DNA of 64,000 bases, from NCBI GenBank assembly GCA_964016885.1, contig OZ024742.1, forward strand, positions 195,548,001-195,612,000, written 5' to 3'. The position numbers and the translations under genes were made by a program. Shown here piece by piece: positions 24,001-39,000 of the stretch. The notes under the pieces are model-generated. The model ran no database searches. It worked only from the letters and a program-made list of their open reading frames with translations, and had not been told where the DNA came from. Source of the stretch: Eledone cirrhosa. Taxonomy: Eukaryota. Numbering within the stretch: position 1 is the stretch's first letter; every line of letters starts with the position of its first letter.

Positions 24001-27000
24001 TCTATCATATGTTCCACTACCTCAACATACAAGATGTACCCCAAATCTATCATATCTTCCACTACCTCAACCTACAAGATGGCCCCTAATCTATCATATG
24101 TTCCACTACCTCAACCTACAATATGGGCCCCAAATCTATCATATGTTCCACCACCTCAACATACAAGATGGGCCCCAAATCTATCATATGTTCCACTACC
24201 TTAACATACAAGATAGACTTCGAATCTATCATATGTTCTACTACCTGAACATACAAGTTGGGACCCAAATCTATCATATGTTCGACTACCTCAACCTACA
24301 TGTTGGCCCCCAAATCAATCAAATATTCCACTACCACAACATACAAGATGGGTCCCAAAACTATCTTATGTTCCCTATCTCAACCTACAAGATGGGCCCT
24401 AAATCTATCATATGTTCCACTACCTCAACCTACAAGAGGGGCCCCCAAATCTATCATATGTTCCACTACCACAATATACAAATGGGCTCCAAATCTATCA
24501 TATGTTCCACTACCTCAACATACAAGATGTACTTGAAATCTATCATATGTTCCACTACCTCAACCTACAAGATGGGCCCCAAATCTATCATATGTTCCAC
24601 TACCTCAACCTACAAGATGGGCCCCAAATCTATCATATGTTCCACTACCTCAACCTACAAGATGGGCCCCAAATCTTTCATATATTCTACTACCTCAACA
24701 TACAAGATGGGCCCCAAATCTATCATATGTTCCACTACCTCAACCTAGAAGTTCTAATCTATCATATGTTCCACTAGCTCAACCTACAAGATGCGCCCCA
24801 AATCTATCATATGGTCCACTACCTCAACCTACAAGATGAGTCCCAAATCTATCTTATGCTCCGCTACCTCAACATACAAGATGCGCCCCAAATCTATCAT
24901 ATGTTCCACTACCTCAACCTACAAGATGGGCCTCAAATCTATCATATGTTCCACTACCTCAACCTACAAGATGGGCCCCAAATCTATCATATGTTCCACT
25001 ACCTCAACCTACAAGATGGGCCCCAAATCTATCATATATTCCACTACCTCAACCTACAAGATGGCCCCTATCTATCATATGTTCCACTACCTCAAAATAC
25101 AAGATGGGCCCCAAATCTATCATATGTTCCACTACCTCAACATACAAGATGGGGCGCAAATCTATCATATGTTCCACTACCTCAACCTACAAGATGGGCC
25201 CCAAATCTATCATATGTTCCACTACCTCAACCTACAAGATGGGCCCCAAATTTATCATATATTCCACTTCCTCAACATACAAGATGGACCCAAATCTATC
25301 ATATGTTCAACTACCTCAACATACAAGATGGGTCCCAAATCTATCATATCTTCCACTACCTCAACTTACAAGATGCGCCCCAAATCTATCATATGTTCAA
25401 CTACCTCAACATACAAGATGGGCCCCAAATCTATCATATCTTCCACTACCTCAACATACAAGATGGGACCCAAATCTATCATATGTTCGACTACCTCAAT
25501 CTGCATGTTGGTCCCCAAATCAATCAAATATTCCACTACCACAACATACAACATGGGACCCAAATCTGTCTTATGTTCCCTCGCTCAACCTACCAGATGG
25601 GCCCCAAATCTATCATATGTTCCACTACCTCAACCTACAAGATGGGCCCCAAATCTTTCATATGTTCTACTACCTCAACATACAAGATGGGCCCCAAATC
25701 TATCATATGTACCACTACCTCAACCTACAAGATGGGCCCCAAATCTATCATATCTTCCACTACCTCAACCTAAATGATGGGCCCCAAATCAATCATATGT
25801 TCCACTACCTCAACTACAAGATGGACTTCAAATCTATCATATGTTCCACTACCTAAACCTACAAGATGGCCCCTAATATATCATATGTTCCACTACCTCA
25901 ACCTACAAGATGGGCCCCAAATCTATCATATGTACCACTACCTCAACATACAAGATGGGCCCCAAATCTATCATATGTTCCACTACCTCAACATACAGGA
26001 TGGGCTCCAAATCTATCATATGTTCCACTACCTCAACCTACAAGATGGCCCCTAATCTATCATATGTTCCACTACCTCAACATACAAGTTGGGCCCCAAA
26101 TCTATCATATGTTCCACTTCCTCAACCTACAAGATGGGCCCGTAATCTAGCATATGTTCCACTACCTCAACATACAAGATGGGCCCCAAATCTATCATAT
26201 GTTCCACTACTTCAACCTACAAGATGGCCCCTAATCTATCATATGTTCCACTAACTCAACATACAAGATCGGCCGCAAATCTATCATATGTTCCACTCCC
26301 TCAACCTACAAGATGGGCCCCAAATCTATCATATGTTCCACCACCTCAACATACAAGTTGGCCCCGAATCTCTCATATATGCCACTACCGCAACCTACAA
26401 GAAGAGTCGCAAATCTATCATATGTCCTACTACCTCAACATACAAGATGGGCCCCAAATCTATCATATGTTCCACTACCTCAACCTAAATGATGGCCCCC
26501 AAATCAATCATATGTTCCACTACCTCAACCTACAAGATGGGCCCCAAATCTATCATATGTTCCACTACCTCAACCTAAATGATGGGCCCCAAATCAATCA
26601 TATGTTCCACTACCTGAATATACAAGATGGGCCCCATATCTATCATATGTTCCACTACCTCAACCTACAAGATGGCCCTAAATTTATCATATGTTCCACT
26701 ACCTCAACCTACAAGATGGTCCCTAATCTATCATATGTTCCACTACCTCAACCTCCAAGATGGGCCCCAAATCTATCATATGTTCCACTACCTCAACATA
26801 CAAGATGGTCCCTAATCTATCATATGTTGCACTAGCTCAACCTACAAGAAGAGTCGCAAATCTATCATATATTCCACTACCTCAACCTACAAGATGGCCC
26901 CAAATCTATCATATGTTCCACTACCTCAACCTACAAGATGGCCCCTAATCTATCATATATTCCACTACCTCAACCTACAGGATGGCCCCAAATCTATCAT

Positions 27001-30000
27001 ATGTTCCACTACCTCAACATACAAGATGGGCCCCAAATCTATCATATGTTCCACTACCTCTACCTAGAAGATCTAATCTATCATATGTTCCTACTACCTC
27101 AACCTACAAGATGGGCCCCACATCTATCATATGTTCCACTACCTCAACCTACAATAGGGCCCCTAATCATATGTTCCACTACCTCAACCTACAAGATGGG
27201 TCCCAAATTTATCATATGTTCCACTTCCTCAACATACAAGATGGGACCCAAATCTATCAGATGTTCAACTACCTCAACATACAAGATGGGTCCCAAATCT
27301 ATCATATCTTCCACTACCTCAACCTACAAGATGCGCCCCAAATCTATCATATGTTCCACTACCTCAACATACAAGATGGACTTCAAATCTATCATATGTT
27401 CTACTACCACAACATACAACATGGGACCCAAATCTATCTTATGTTCCCTCGCTCAACCTACCAGATGGGCCCCAAATCAATCATATGTTCCACTACCTCA
27501 ACTACAAGATGGACTTCAAATCTATCATATGTTCCACTCCCTCAACCTACAAGATGGCCCCTAATATATCATATGTTCCACTACCTCAACCTACAAGATG
27601 GGCCCCAAATCTATCATATGTACCACTACCTCAATATACAAGATGGGCCCCAAATCTATCATATGTTCCACTACCTCAACATACAAGATGGGCTCCAAAT
27701 CTATGATATGTTCCACTACCTCAACCTACAAGATGGGCCCCTAATCTATCATATGTTCCACTACCTCAACATACAAGTTGGGCCCCAAATCTATCATATG
27801 TTCCACTACCTCAACCTACAAGTTGGGCCCGTAATCTGTCATATGTTCCACTACCTCAACATACAAGATGGGCCCCAAATCTATCATATGTTCCACTACT
27901 TCAACCTACAAGATGGCCCCTAATCTATCATATGTTCAACTAACTCAACATACAATAGCGGCAGCAAATCTATCATATGTTCCACTCCCTCAAACTACAA
28001 GATGGGCCCCAAATCTATCATATGTTCCACCACCTCAACATACAAGTTGGCCCCTAATCTCTCATATATGCCACTACCTCAACCTACAAGAAGAGTCGCA
28101 AATCTATCATATGTCCTACTACCTCAACATACAAGATGGGCCCCAAATCTATCATATGTTCCACTACCTCAACCTACAAGATGGGCCCCAAATCTATCAT
28201 ATGTTCCACTACCTCAACCTAAATGATGGGCCCCAAATCAATCATATGTTCCACTACATCAACATACAAGATGGCCCCAAATCTATCATATGTTCCACTA
28301 CCTCAACCTACAAGATGGCCCCTAATCTATCATATATGCCACTACCTTAACCTACAAGAAGAGTCGCAAATCTATCATATGTCCTACTACCTCAACATAC
28401 AAGTTGGGCCCCAAATCTTTCATATGTTCTACTACCTCAACATACAAGATGGGCCCCAAATCTATCATATGTACCACTACCTCAACCTACAAGATGGGCC
28501 CCAAATCTATCATATCTTCCACTACATCAACCTAAATGTTGGGCCCCAAATCAATCATATGTTCCACTACCTCAACTACAAGATGGACTTCAAATCTATC
28601 ATATGTTCCACTCCCTCAACCTACAAGATGGCCCCTAATATATCATATGTTCCACTACCTCAACCTACAAGATGGGCCCCAAATCTATCATATGTACCAC
28701 TACCTCAATATACAAGATGGGCCCCAAATCTAGCATATGTTCCACTACCTCAACCTACAAGATGGCCCCTAATCTATCATATGTTCCACTACCTCAACAT
28801 ACAAGATGGGCTCCAAATCTATCATATGTTCCACTACCTCAACTACAAGATGGACTTCAAATCTATCATATGTTCCACTCCCTCAACCTACAAGATGGCC
28901 CCTAATATATCATATGTTCCACTACCTCAACCTACAAGATGGGCCCCAAATCTATCATATGTACCACTACCTCAATATACAAGATGGGCCCCAAATCTAT
29001 CATATTTTCCACTACCTCAACATACAAGATGGGCTCCAAATCTATCATATGTTCCACTACCTCAACCTACAAGATGGGCCCCTAATCTATCATATGTTCC
29101 ACTACCTCAACATACAAGTTGGGCCCCAAATCTATCATATGTTCCACTACCTCAACCTACAAGATGGGCCCGTAATCTATCATATGTTCCACTACCTCAA
29201 CATACAAGATGGGCCCCAAATCTATCATATGTTCCACTACTTCAACCTACAAGATGGCCCCTAATCTATCATATGTTCAACTAACTCAACATACAAGATC
29301 GGCAGCAAATCTATCATATGTTCCACTCCCTCAACCTACAAGATGGGCCCCAAATCTATCATATGTTCCACCACCTCAACATACAAGTTGGCCCCTAATC
29401 TCTCATATATGCCACTACCTCAACCTACAAGAAGAGTCGCAAATCTATCATATGTCCTACTACCTCAACATACAAGATGGGCCCCAAATCTATCATATGT
29501 TCCACTACCTCAACCTACAAGATGGGCCCCAAATCTATCATATGTTCCACTACCTCAACCTACAAGATGGGCCCCAAATCTATCATATGTTCCACTACCT
29601 CAACCTAAATGATGGGCCCCAAATCAATCATATGTTCCACTACCTCAACATACAAGATGGCCCCAAATCTATCATATGTTCCACTACCTCAACCTACAAG
29701 ATGGCCCCTAATCTATCATATATGCCACTACCTTAACCTACAAGAAGAGTCGCAAATCTATCATATGTCCTACTACCTCAACATACAAGTTGGGCCCCAA
29801 ATCTTTCATATGTTCTACTACCTCAACATACAAGATGGCCCCAAATCTATCATATGTACCACTACCTCAACCTACAAGATGGGCCCCAAATCTATCATAT
29901 CTTCCACTACATCAACCTAAATGATGGGCCCCAAATCAATCATATGTTCCACTACCTCAACTACAAGATGGACTTCAAATCTATCATATGTTCCACTCCC

Positions 30001-33000
30001 TCAACCTACAAGATGGCCCCTAATATATCATATGTTCCACTACATCAACCTACAAGATGGGCCCCAAATCTATCATATGTACCACTACCTCAAAATACAA
30101 GATGGGCCCCAAATCTAGCATATGTTCCACTACCTCAACCTACAAGATGGCCCCTAATCTATCATATGTTCCACTACCTCAACATACAAGATGGGCTCCA
30201 AATCTATCATATGTTCCACTACCTCAACCTACAAGATGGGCCCCTAATCTATCATATGTTCCACTACCTCAACATACTAGTTGGGCCCCAAATCTATCAT
30301 ATGTTCAACTACCTCAACCTACAAGACGGGCCCGTAATCTATCATATGTTCCACTACCTCAACATACAAGATGGGCCCCAAATCTATCATATGTTCCACT
30401 ACCTCAACCTACAAGATGGCCCCTAATCTATCATATGTTCCACTACCTCAACCTACAAGATGGGCCCCTAATCTATCATATGTTCCACTACCTCAACATA
30501 CAAGTTGGGCCCCAAATCTATCATATGTTCCACTACCTCAACCTACAAGACGGGCCCATAATCTATCATATGTTCCACTACCTCAACCTACAAGATGGCC
30601 CCAAATCTATCATATGTTCCACTATCTCAACCTACAAGAAGAGTCGCAAATCTATCATATGTTACACTACCTCAACATACAAGATGGGCCCAAAATCTAT
30701 CATATGTTCCACTACCTCAACATACAAGATGGGCCCAAAATCTATCATATGTTCCACTACCTCAACATACAAGATGGGCCCAAAATCTATCATATGTTCC
30801 ACTACCTCAACATACAAGATGGGCCCAAAATCTATCATATGATCCACTACCTCAACATACAAGATGGGCCCAAAATCTATCATATGTTCCACTACCTCAA
30901 CCTAGAAGATCTAATCTATCATATGTTCCACTACCTCAACCTACAAGCTGGGCCCCACATCTATCATATGTTCCACTACCTCACCCTACAATAGGGCCCC
31001 TAATCATATGTTCCACTACGTCAACCTACAAGTTGGGCCCCAAATCTATCATATGTTCCACTACCTCAACCTATATGATGGGCCCAAAATCAATCATATG
31101 TTCCACTACCTCAACATACAAGATGGCCCCTAATCTGTCATATGTTCCACTACCTTAACATACAAGATGGGCTCCAAATCTATTATATGTTCCACTACCT
31201 CAACCTACAGGATGGCCCCTAATCTGTCATATGTTCCACTACCTTAACATACAAGATGGGCTTCAAATCTATCATATGTTCCACTACCTCAACCTACAAC
31301 ATGGCCCCTAATCTGTCATATGTTCCACTACCTAAACATACGAGATGGGCTCCAAATCTATCATATGTTCCACTACCTCAACCTACAAGATGGCCCCTAA
31401 TCTGTCATATGTTCCACTACCTCAACCTACAAGATGGACTTCAAATCTATCATATGTTCCACTACCTCAACATACAAGATGGGCCCCAAATCTATCATAT
31501 GTTCCACTACCTCAACCTACAAGATGGGCCCCAAATCTATCATATATTCCACTACCTCAACATACAAGATGGGCCCCAAATCTATCATATATTCCACTAC
31601 CTCAACATACAAGATGGGCCCCAAATCTATCATATGTTCCACTACCTCAAACTGCAAGGTGACCCCTAATCTATCATATGTTCCACTACGTCAACCTACA
31701 ACTTGGGCCCCAAATCTATGATATGTTCCACTACCTCAACATACAAGATGGGCCCCAAATCTATCATATGTTCCACTACCTCAACATACAAGATGGGCCC
31801 CAAATCTATAATATGTTCCACTACCTCAACCTGCAAGATGGCCCCATATCTATCATATGTTCCACTACCTCAACATACAAGATGGACCTCAAATCTATCA
31901 TATGTTCCACTACCTCAACCTACAAGCTGGGTCCCAAATCTATCATATGTTCCACTACCTCACCCTACAAGATGGGCCCCAAATCTGTCATATGTTCCAC
32001 TACCTCAACCTACAAGATGGGCCCCAAATCTATCATATGTTCCACTACCTCAACCTACAAGATGGGCCCCAAATCTATCATATGTTCCACTACCTCAACA
32101 TGCAAGATGGGCCCCAAATCTATCATATGTTCCACTACCTCAACCTACAAAATGGGCCCCAAATCTATCATATGTTCCACTACCTCAACCTACTTGATGC
32201 GCCCCAAATCTATCATATGTTCCACTACCTCAACCTACAAGATGCGCCCAAATCTATCATATGTTCCACTACCTCAACATACAAGATGGGACCCAAATCT
32301 ATCATATGTTCCACTACCTCAACCTACATGATGCGCCCCAAATCTATCATATGTTCCACTGCCTCAACATACAAGATGGGACCCAAATCAATCATATGTT
32401 CCACTACCTCAACATACAAGATGGGACCCAAATCTATCATATGTTCCACTACCTCAACCTACAATAGGGCCCCTAATCATATGTTCCACTACCTCAACCT
32501 ACAAGATGGGTCCCAAATTTATCATATGTTCCACTACCTCAACCTACAAGATGGGCCCCTAATCTATCATATGTTCCACTACCTCAACATACAAGTTGGG
32601 CCCCAAATCTATCATATGTTCCACTACCTCAACCTACAAGATGGGCCCGTAATCTATCATATGTTCCACTACCTCAACATACAAGATGGGCCCCAAATCT
32701 ATCATATGTTCCACTACTTCAACCTACAAGATGGCCCCTAATCTATCATATGTTCAACTAACTCAACATACAAGATCGGCAGCAAATCTATCATATGTTC
32801 CACTCCCTCAACCTACAAGATGGGCCCCAAATCTATCATATGTTCCACCACCTCAACATACAAGTTGGCCCCTAATCTCTCATATATGCCACTACCTCAA
32901 CCTACAAGAAGAGTCGCAAATCTATCATATGTCCTACTACCTCAACATACAAGATGGGCCCCAAATCTATCATATGTTCCACTACCTCAACCTACAAGAT

Positions 33001-36000
33001 GGGCCCCAAATCTATCATATATGTTCCACTACCTCAACCTAAATGATGGGCCCAAATCAATCATATGTTCCACTACCTCAACATACAAGATGCGCCCCAA
33101 ATCTATCATATGTTCCACTACCTCAACCTACAAGATGGCCCCTAATCTATCATATATGCCACTACCTTAACCTACAAGAAGAGTCGCAAATCTATCATAT
33201 GTCCTACTACCTCAACATACAAGTTGGGCCCCAAATCTTTCATATGTTCTACTACCTCAACATACAAGATGGCCCCAAATCTATCATATGTACCACTACC
33301 TCAACCTACAAGATGGGCCCCAAATCTATCATATCTTCCACTACATCAACCTAAATGATGGGCCCCAAATCAATCATATGTTCCACTACCTCAACTACAA
33401 GATGGACTTCAAATCTATCATATGTTCCACTCCCTCAACCTACAAGATGGCCCCTAATATATCATATGTTCCACTACATCAACCTACAAGATGGGCCCCA
33501 AATCTATCATATGTACCACTACCTCAAAATACAAGATGGGCCCCAAATCTAGCATATGTTCCACTACCTCAACATACAAGATGGCCCCTAATCTATCATA
33601 TGTTCCACTACCTCAACATACAAGATGGGCCCCTAATCTATCATATGTTCCACTACCTCAACATACTAGTTGGGCCCCAAATCTATCATATGTTCCACTA
33701 CCTCAACCTACAAGACGGGCCCGTAATCTATCATATGTTCCACTACCTCAACATACAAGATGGGCCCCAAATCTATCATATGTTCCACTACCTCAACCTA
33801 CAAGATGGCCCCTAATCTATCATATGTTCCACTACCTCAACCTACAAGATGGGCCCCTAATCTATCATATGTTCCACTACCTCAACATACAAGTTGGGCC
33901 CCAAATCTATCATATGTTCCACTACCTCAACCTACAAGACGGGCCCGTAATCTATCATATGTTCCACTACCTCAACATACAAGATGGGCCCCAAATCTAT
34001 CATATGTTCCACTACCTCAACCTACAAGATGGCCCCTAATCTATCATATGTTCCACTACCTCAACCTACAAGATGGCCCCAAATCTATCATATGTTCCAC
34101 TATCTCAACCTACAATAAGAGTCGCAAATCTATCATATGTTACACTACCTCAACATACAAGATGGGCCCAAAATCTATCATATGTTCCACTACCTCAACA
34201 TACAAGATGGGCCCAAAATCTATCATATGTTCCACTACCTCAACATACAAGATGGGCCCAAAATCTATCATATGTTCCACTACCTCAACATACAAGATGG
34301 GCCCAAAATCTATCATATGATCCACTACCTCAACATACAAGATGGGCCCAAAATCTATCATATGTTCCACTACCTCAACCTAGAAGATCTAATCTATCAT
34401 ATGTTCCACTACCTCAACCTACAAGCTGGGCCCCACATCTATCATATGTTCCACTACCTCACCCTACAATAGGGCCCCTAATCATATGTTCCACTACCTC
34501 AACCTACAAGATGGGCCCCAAATCTATCATATGTTCCACTACCTCAACCTATATGATGGGCCCCAAATCAATCATATGTTCCACTACCTCAACATACAAG
34601 ATGGCCCCTAATCTGTCATATGTTCCACTACCTTAACATACAAGATGGGCTCCAAATCTATTATATGTTCCACTACCTCAACCTACAGGATGGCCCCTAA
34701 TCTGTCATATGTTCCACTACCTTAACATACAAGATGGGCTTCAAATCTATCATATGTTCCACTACCTCAACCTACAAGATGGGCCCCAAATCTATAATAT
34801 GTTCCACTACCTCAACCTGCAAGATGGCCCCATATCTATCATATGTTCCACTACCTCAACCTACAAGATGGCCCCTAATCTGTCATATGTTCCACTACCT
34901 CAACCTACAAGATGGACTTCAAATTTATCATATGTTCCACTACCTCAACATACAAGATGGGCCCCAAATCTATCATATGTTCCACTACCTCAACCTACAA
35001 GATGGGCCCCAAATCTATCATATATTCCACTACCTCAACATACAAGATGGGCCCCAAATCTATCATATGTTCCACTACCTCAACATGCAAGATGGGCCCC
35101 AAATCTATCATATGTTCCACTACCCCAACCTACAAAATGGGCCCCAAATCTATCATATGTTCCACTACCTCAACCTACATGATGCGCCCCAAATCTATCA
35201 TATGTTCCACTACCTCAACCTACAAGATGCGCCCAAATCTATCATATGTTCCACTACCTCAACATACAAGATGGGACCCAAATCTATCATATGTTCCACT
35301 ACCTCAACCTACATGATGCGCCCCAAATCTATCATATGTTCCACTGCCTCAACATACAAGATGGGACCCAAATCAATCATATGTTCCACTACCTCAACAT
35401 ACAAGATGGGACCCAAATCTATCATATGTTCCACTACCTCAACCTACAATAGGGCCCCTAATCATATGTTCCACTACCTCAACCTACAAGATGGGTCCCA
35501 AATTTATCATATGTTCCACTTCCTCAACATACAAGATGGGACCCAAATCTATCATATGTTCAACTACCTCAACATACAAGATGGGCCCCAAATCTATCAT
35601 ATCTTCCACTACCTCAACCTACAAGATGCGCCCCAAATCTATCATATGTTCCACTACCTCAACCTACAAGATTCGCCCCAAATCTATCATATGTTTCACT
35701 ACCTCAACATACAAGATGGGACCCAAATTTATCATATGTTCTACTACCTCAACATACAAGATGGGCCCCAAATCTATCATATGTACCACTACCTCAACCT
35801 ACAAGATGGGCCCCAAATCTATCATATCTTCCACTACATCAACCTAAATGATGGGCCCCAAATCAATCATATGTTCCACTACCTCAACTACAAGATGGAC
35901 TTCAAATCTATCATATGTTCCACTCCCTCAACCTACAAGATGGCCCCTAATATATCATATGTTCCACTACCTCAACCTACAAGATGGGCCCCAAATCTAT

Positions 36001-39000
36001 CATATGTACCACTACCTCAATATACAAGATGGGCCCCAAATCTATCATATGTTCCACTACCTCAACCTACAAGATGGGCCTCAAATCTCTCATATGTTCC
36101 ACTACCTCAACCTAAAAGATGGGCCCCTAATCTATCATATGTTCCACTACCTCAACATACAAGTTGGGCCCCAAATCTATCATATGTTCCACTACCTCAA
36201 CCTACAAGATGGGCCCGTAATCTATCATATGTTCCACTACCTCAACATACAAGATGGGCCCCAAATCTATCATATGTTCCACTACTTCAACCTACAAGAT
36301 GGCCCCTAATCTATCATATGTTCCACTAACTCAACATACAAGATCGGCAGCAAATCTATCATATGTTCCACTCCCTCAACCTACAAGATGGGCCCCAAAT
36401 CTAGCATATTTTCCACCACCTCAACATACAAGTTGGCCCCTAATCTCTCATATATGCCACTACCTCAACCTACAAGAAGAGTCGCAAATCTATCATATGT
36501 CCTACTACCTCAACATACAAGATGGGCCCCAAATCTATCATATGTTCCACTACCTCAACCTACAAGATGGGCCCCAAATCTATCATATGTTCCACTACCT
36601 CAACCTAAATGATGGGCCCCAAATCAATCATATGTTCCACTACCTCAACCTACAAGATGGGTCCCAAATCTATCATATGTTCCACTACCTCACCCTACAA
36701 GATGGGCCCCAAATCTGTCATATGTTCCACTACCTCAACCTACAAGATGGGTCCCAAATCTATCATATGTTCCACTACCTCAACATGCAAGATGGGCCCC
36801 AAATCTATCATATGTTCCACTACCTCAACCTAGAAAATGGGCCCCAAATCTATCATATGTTCCACTACCTCAACCTACAAGATGCGCCCAAATCTATCAT
36901 ATGTTCCACTACCTCAACATACAAGATGGGACCCAAATCTATCATATGTTCCACTACCTCAACCTACATTATGCGCCCCAAATCTATCATATGTTCCACT
37001 GCCTCAACATACAAGATGGGACCCAAATCAATCATATGTTCCACTACCTCAACATACAAGATGGGACCCAAATCTATCATATGTTCCACTACCTCAACCT
37101 ACAATAGGGCCCCTAATCATATGTTCCACTACCTCAACCTACAAGATGGGTCCCAAATTTATCATATGTTCCACTTCCTCAACATACAAGATGGGACCCA
37201 AATCTATCATATGTTCAACTACCTCAACATACAAGATAGGCCCCAAATCTATCATATCTTCCACTACCTCAACCTACAAGATGCGCCCCAAATCTATCAT
37301 ATGTTCCACTACCTCAACCTACAAGATTCGCCCCAAATCTATCAAATGTTTCACTACCTCACCCTACAAGATGGGCCCCAAATCTGTCATATGTTCCACT
37401 ACCTCAACATACAAGATGAGGACCCAAATTTATCATATGTTCTACTACCTCAACATACAAGATGGGCCCCAAATCTATCATATGTACCACTACCTCAACC
37501 TACAAGATGGGCCCCAAATCTATCATATCTTCCACTACATCAACCTAAATGATGGGCCCCAAATCAATCATATGTTCCACTACCTCAACTACAAGATGGA
37601 CTTCAAATCTATCATATGTTCCACTCCCTCAACCTACAAGATGGCCCCTAATATATCATATGTTCCACTACCTCAACCTAAAAGATGGGCCCCAAATCTA
37701 TCATATGTACCACTACCTCAATATACAAGATGGGCCCCAAATCTAGCATATTTTCCACCACCTCAACATACAAGTTGGCCCCTAATCTCTCATATATGCC
37801 ACTACCTCAACCTACAAGAAGAGTCGCAAATCTATCATATGTCCTACTACCTCAACATACAAGATGGGCCCCAAATCTATCATATGTTCCACTACCTCAA
37901 CCTACAAGATGGGCCCCAAATCTATCATATGTTCCACTACCTCAACCTAAATGATGGGCCCCAAATCAATCATATGTTCCACTACCTCAACATACAAGAT
38001 GGCCCCAAATCTATCATATGTTCCACTACCTCAACCTACAAGATGGCCCCTAATCTATCATATATGCCACTACCTTAACCTACAAGAAGAGTCGCAAATC
38101 TTTCATATGTTCCACTACCTCAACTACAAGATGGACTTCAAATCTATCATATGTTCCACTCCCTCAACCTACAAGATGGCCCCTAATATATCATAGGTTC
38201 CACTACCTCAACCTACAAGATGGGCCCCAAATCTATCATATGTATCACTACCTCAATATACAAGATGGGCCCCAAATCTATCATATGTTCCACTACCTCA
38301 ACATACAAGATGGGCTCCAAATCTATCATATGTTCCACTACCTCAACCTACAAGATGGGCCCCTAATCTATCATATGTTCCACTACCTCAACATACAAGT
38401 TGGGCCCCAAATCTATCATATGTTCCACTACCTCAACCTACAAGACGGGCCCGTAATCTATCATATGTTCCACTACCTCAACATACAAGATGGGCCCCAA
38501 ATCTATCATATGTTCCACTACCTCAACCTACAAGATGGCCCCTAATCTATCATATGTTCCACTACCTCAACCTACAAGATGGCCCCTAATCTATCATATG
38601 TTCCACTACCTCAACCTACAAGATGGCCCCAAATCTATCATATGTTCCACTATCTCAACCTACAAGAAGAGTCGCAAATCTATCATATGTTCCACTACCT
38701 CAACCTAGAAGATCTAATCTATCATATGTTCCACTACCTCAACCTACAAGATGGGCCCCACATCTATCATATGTTCCACTAACTCACCCTACAATAGGGC
38801 CCCTAATCATATGTTCCACTACCTCAACATACAAGATGGGACCCAAATCTATCATATGTTCCACTACCTCAACCTACAAGATGGGCCCCAAATCTATCAT
38901 ATGTTCCACTACCTCAACCTAAATGATGGGCCCCAAATCAATCATATGTTCCACTACCTCAACATACAAGATGGCCCCTAATCTGTCATATGTTCCACTA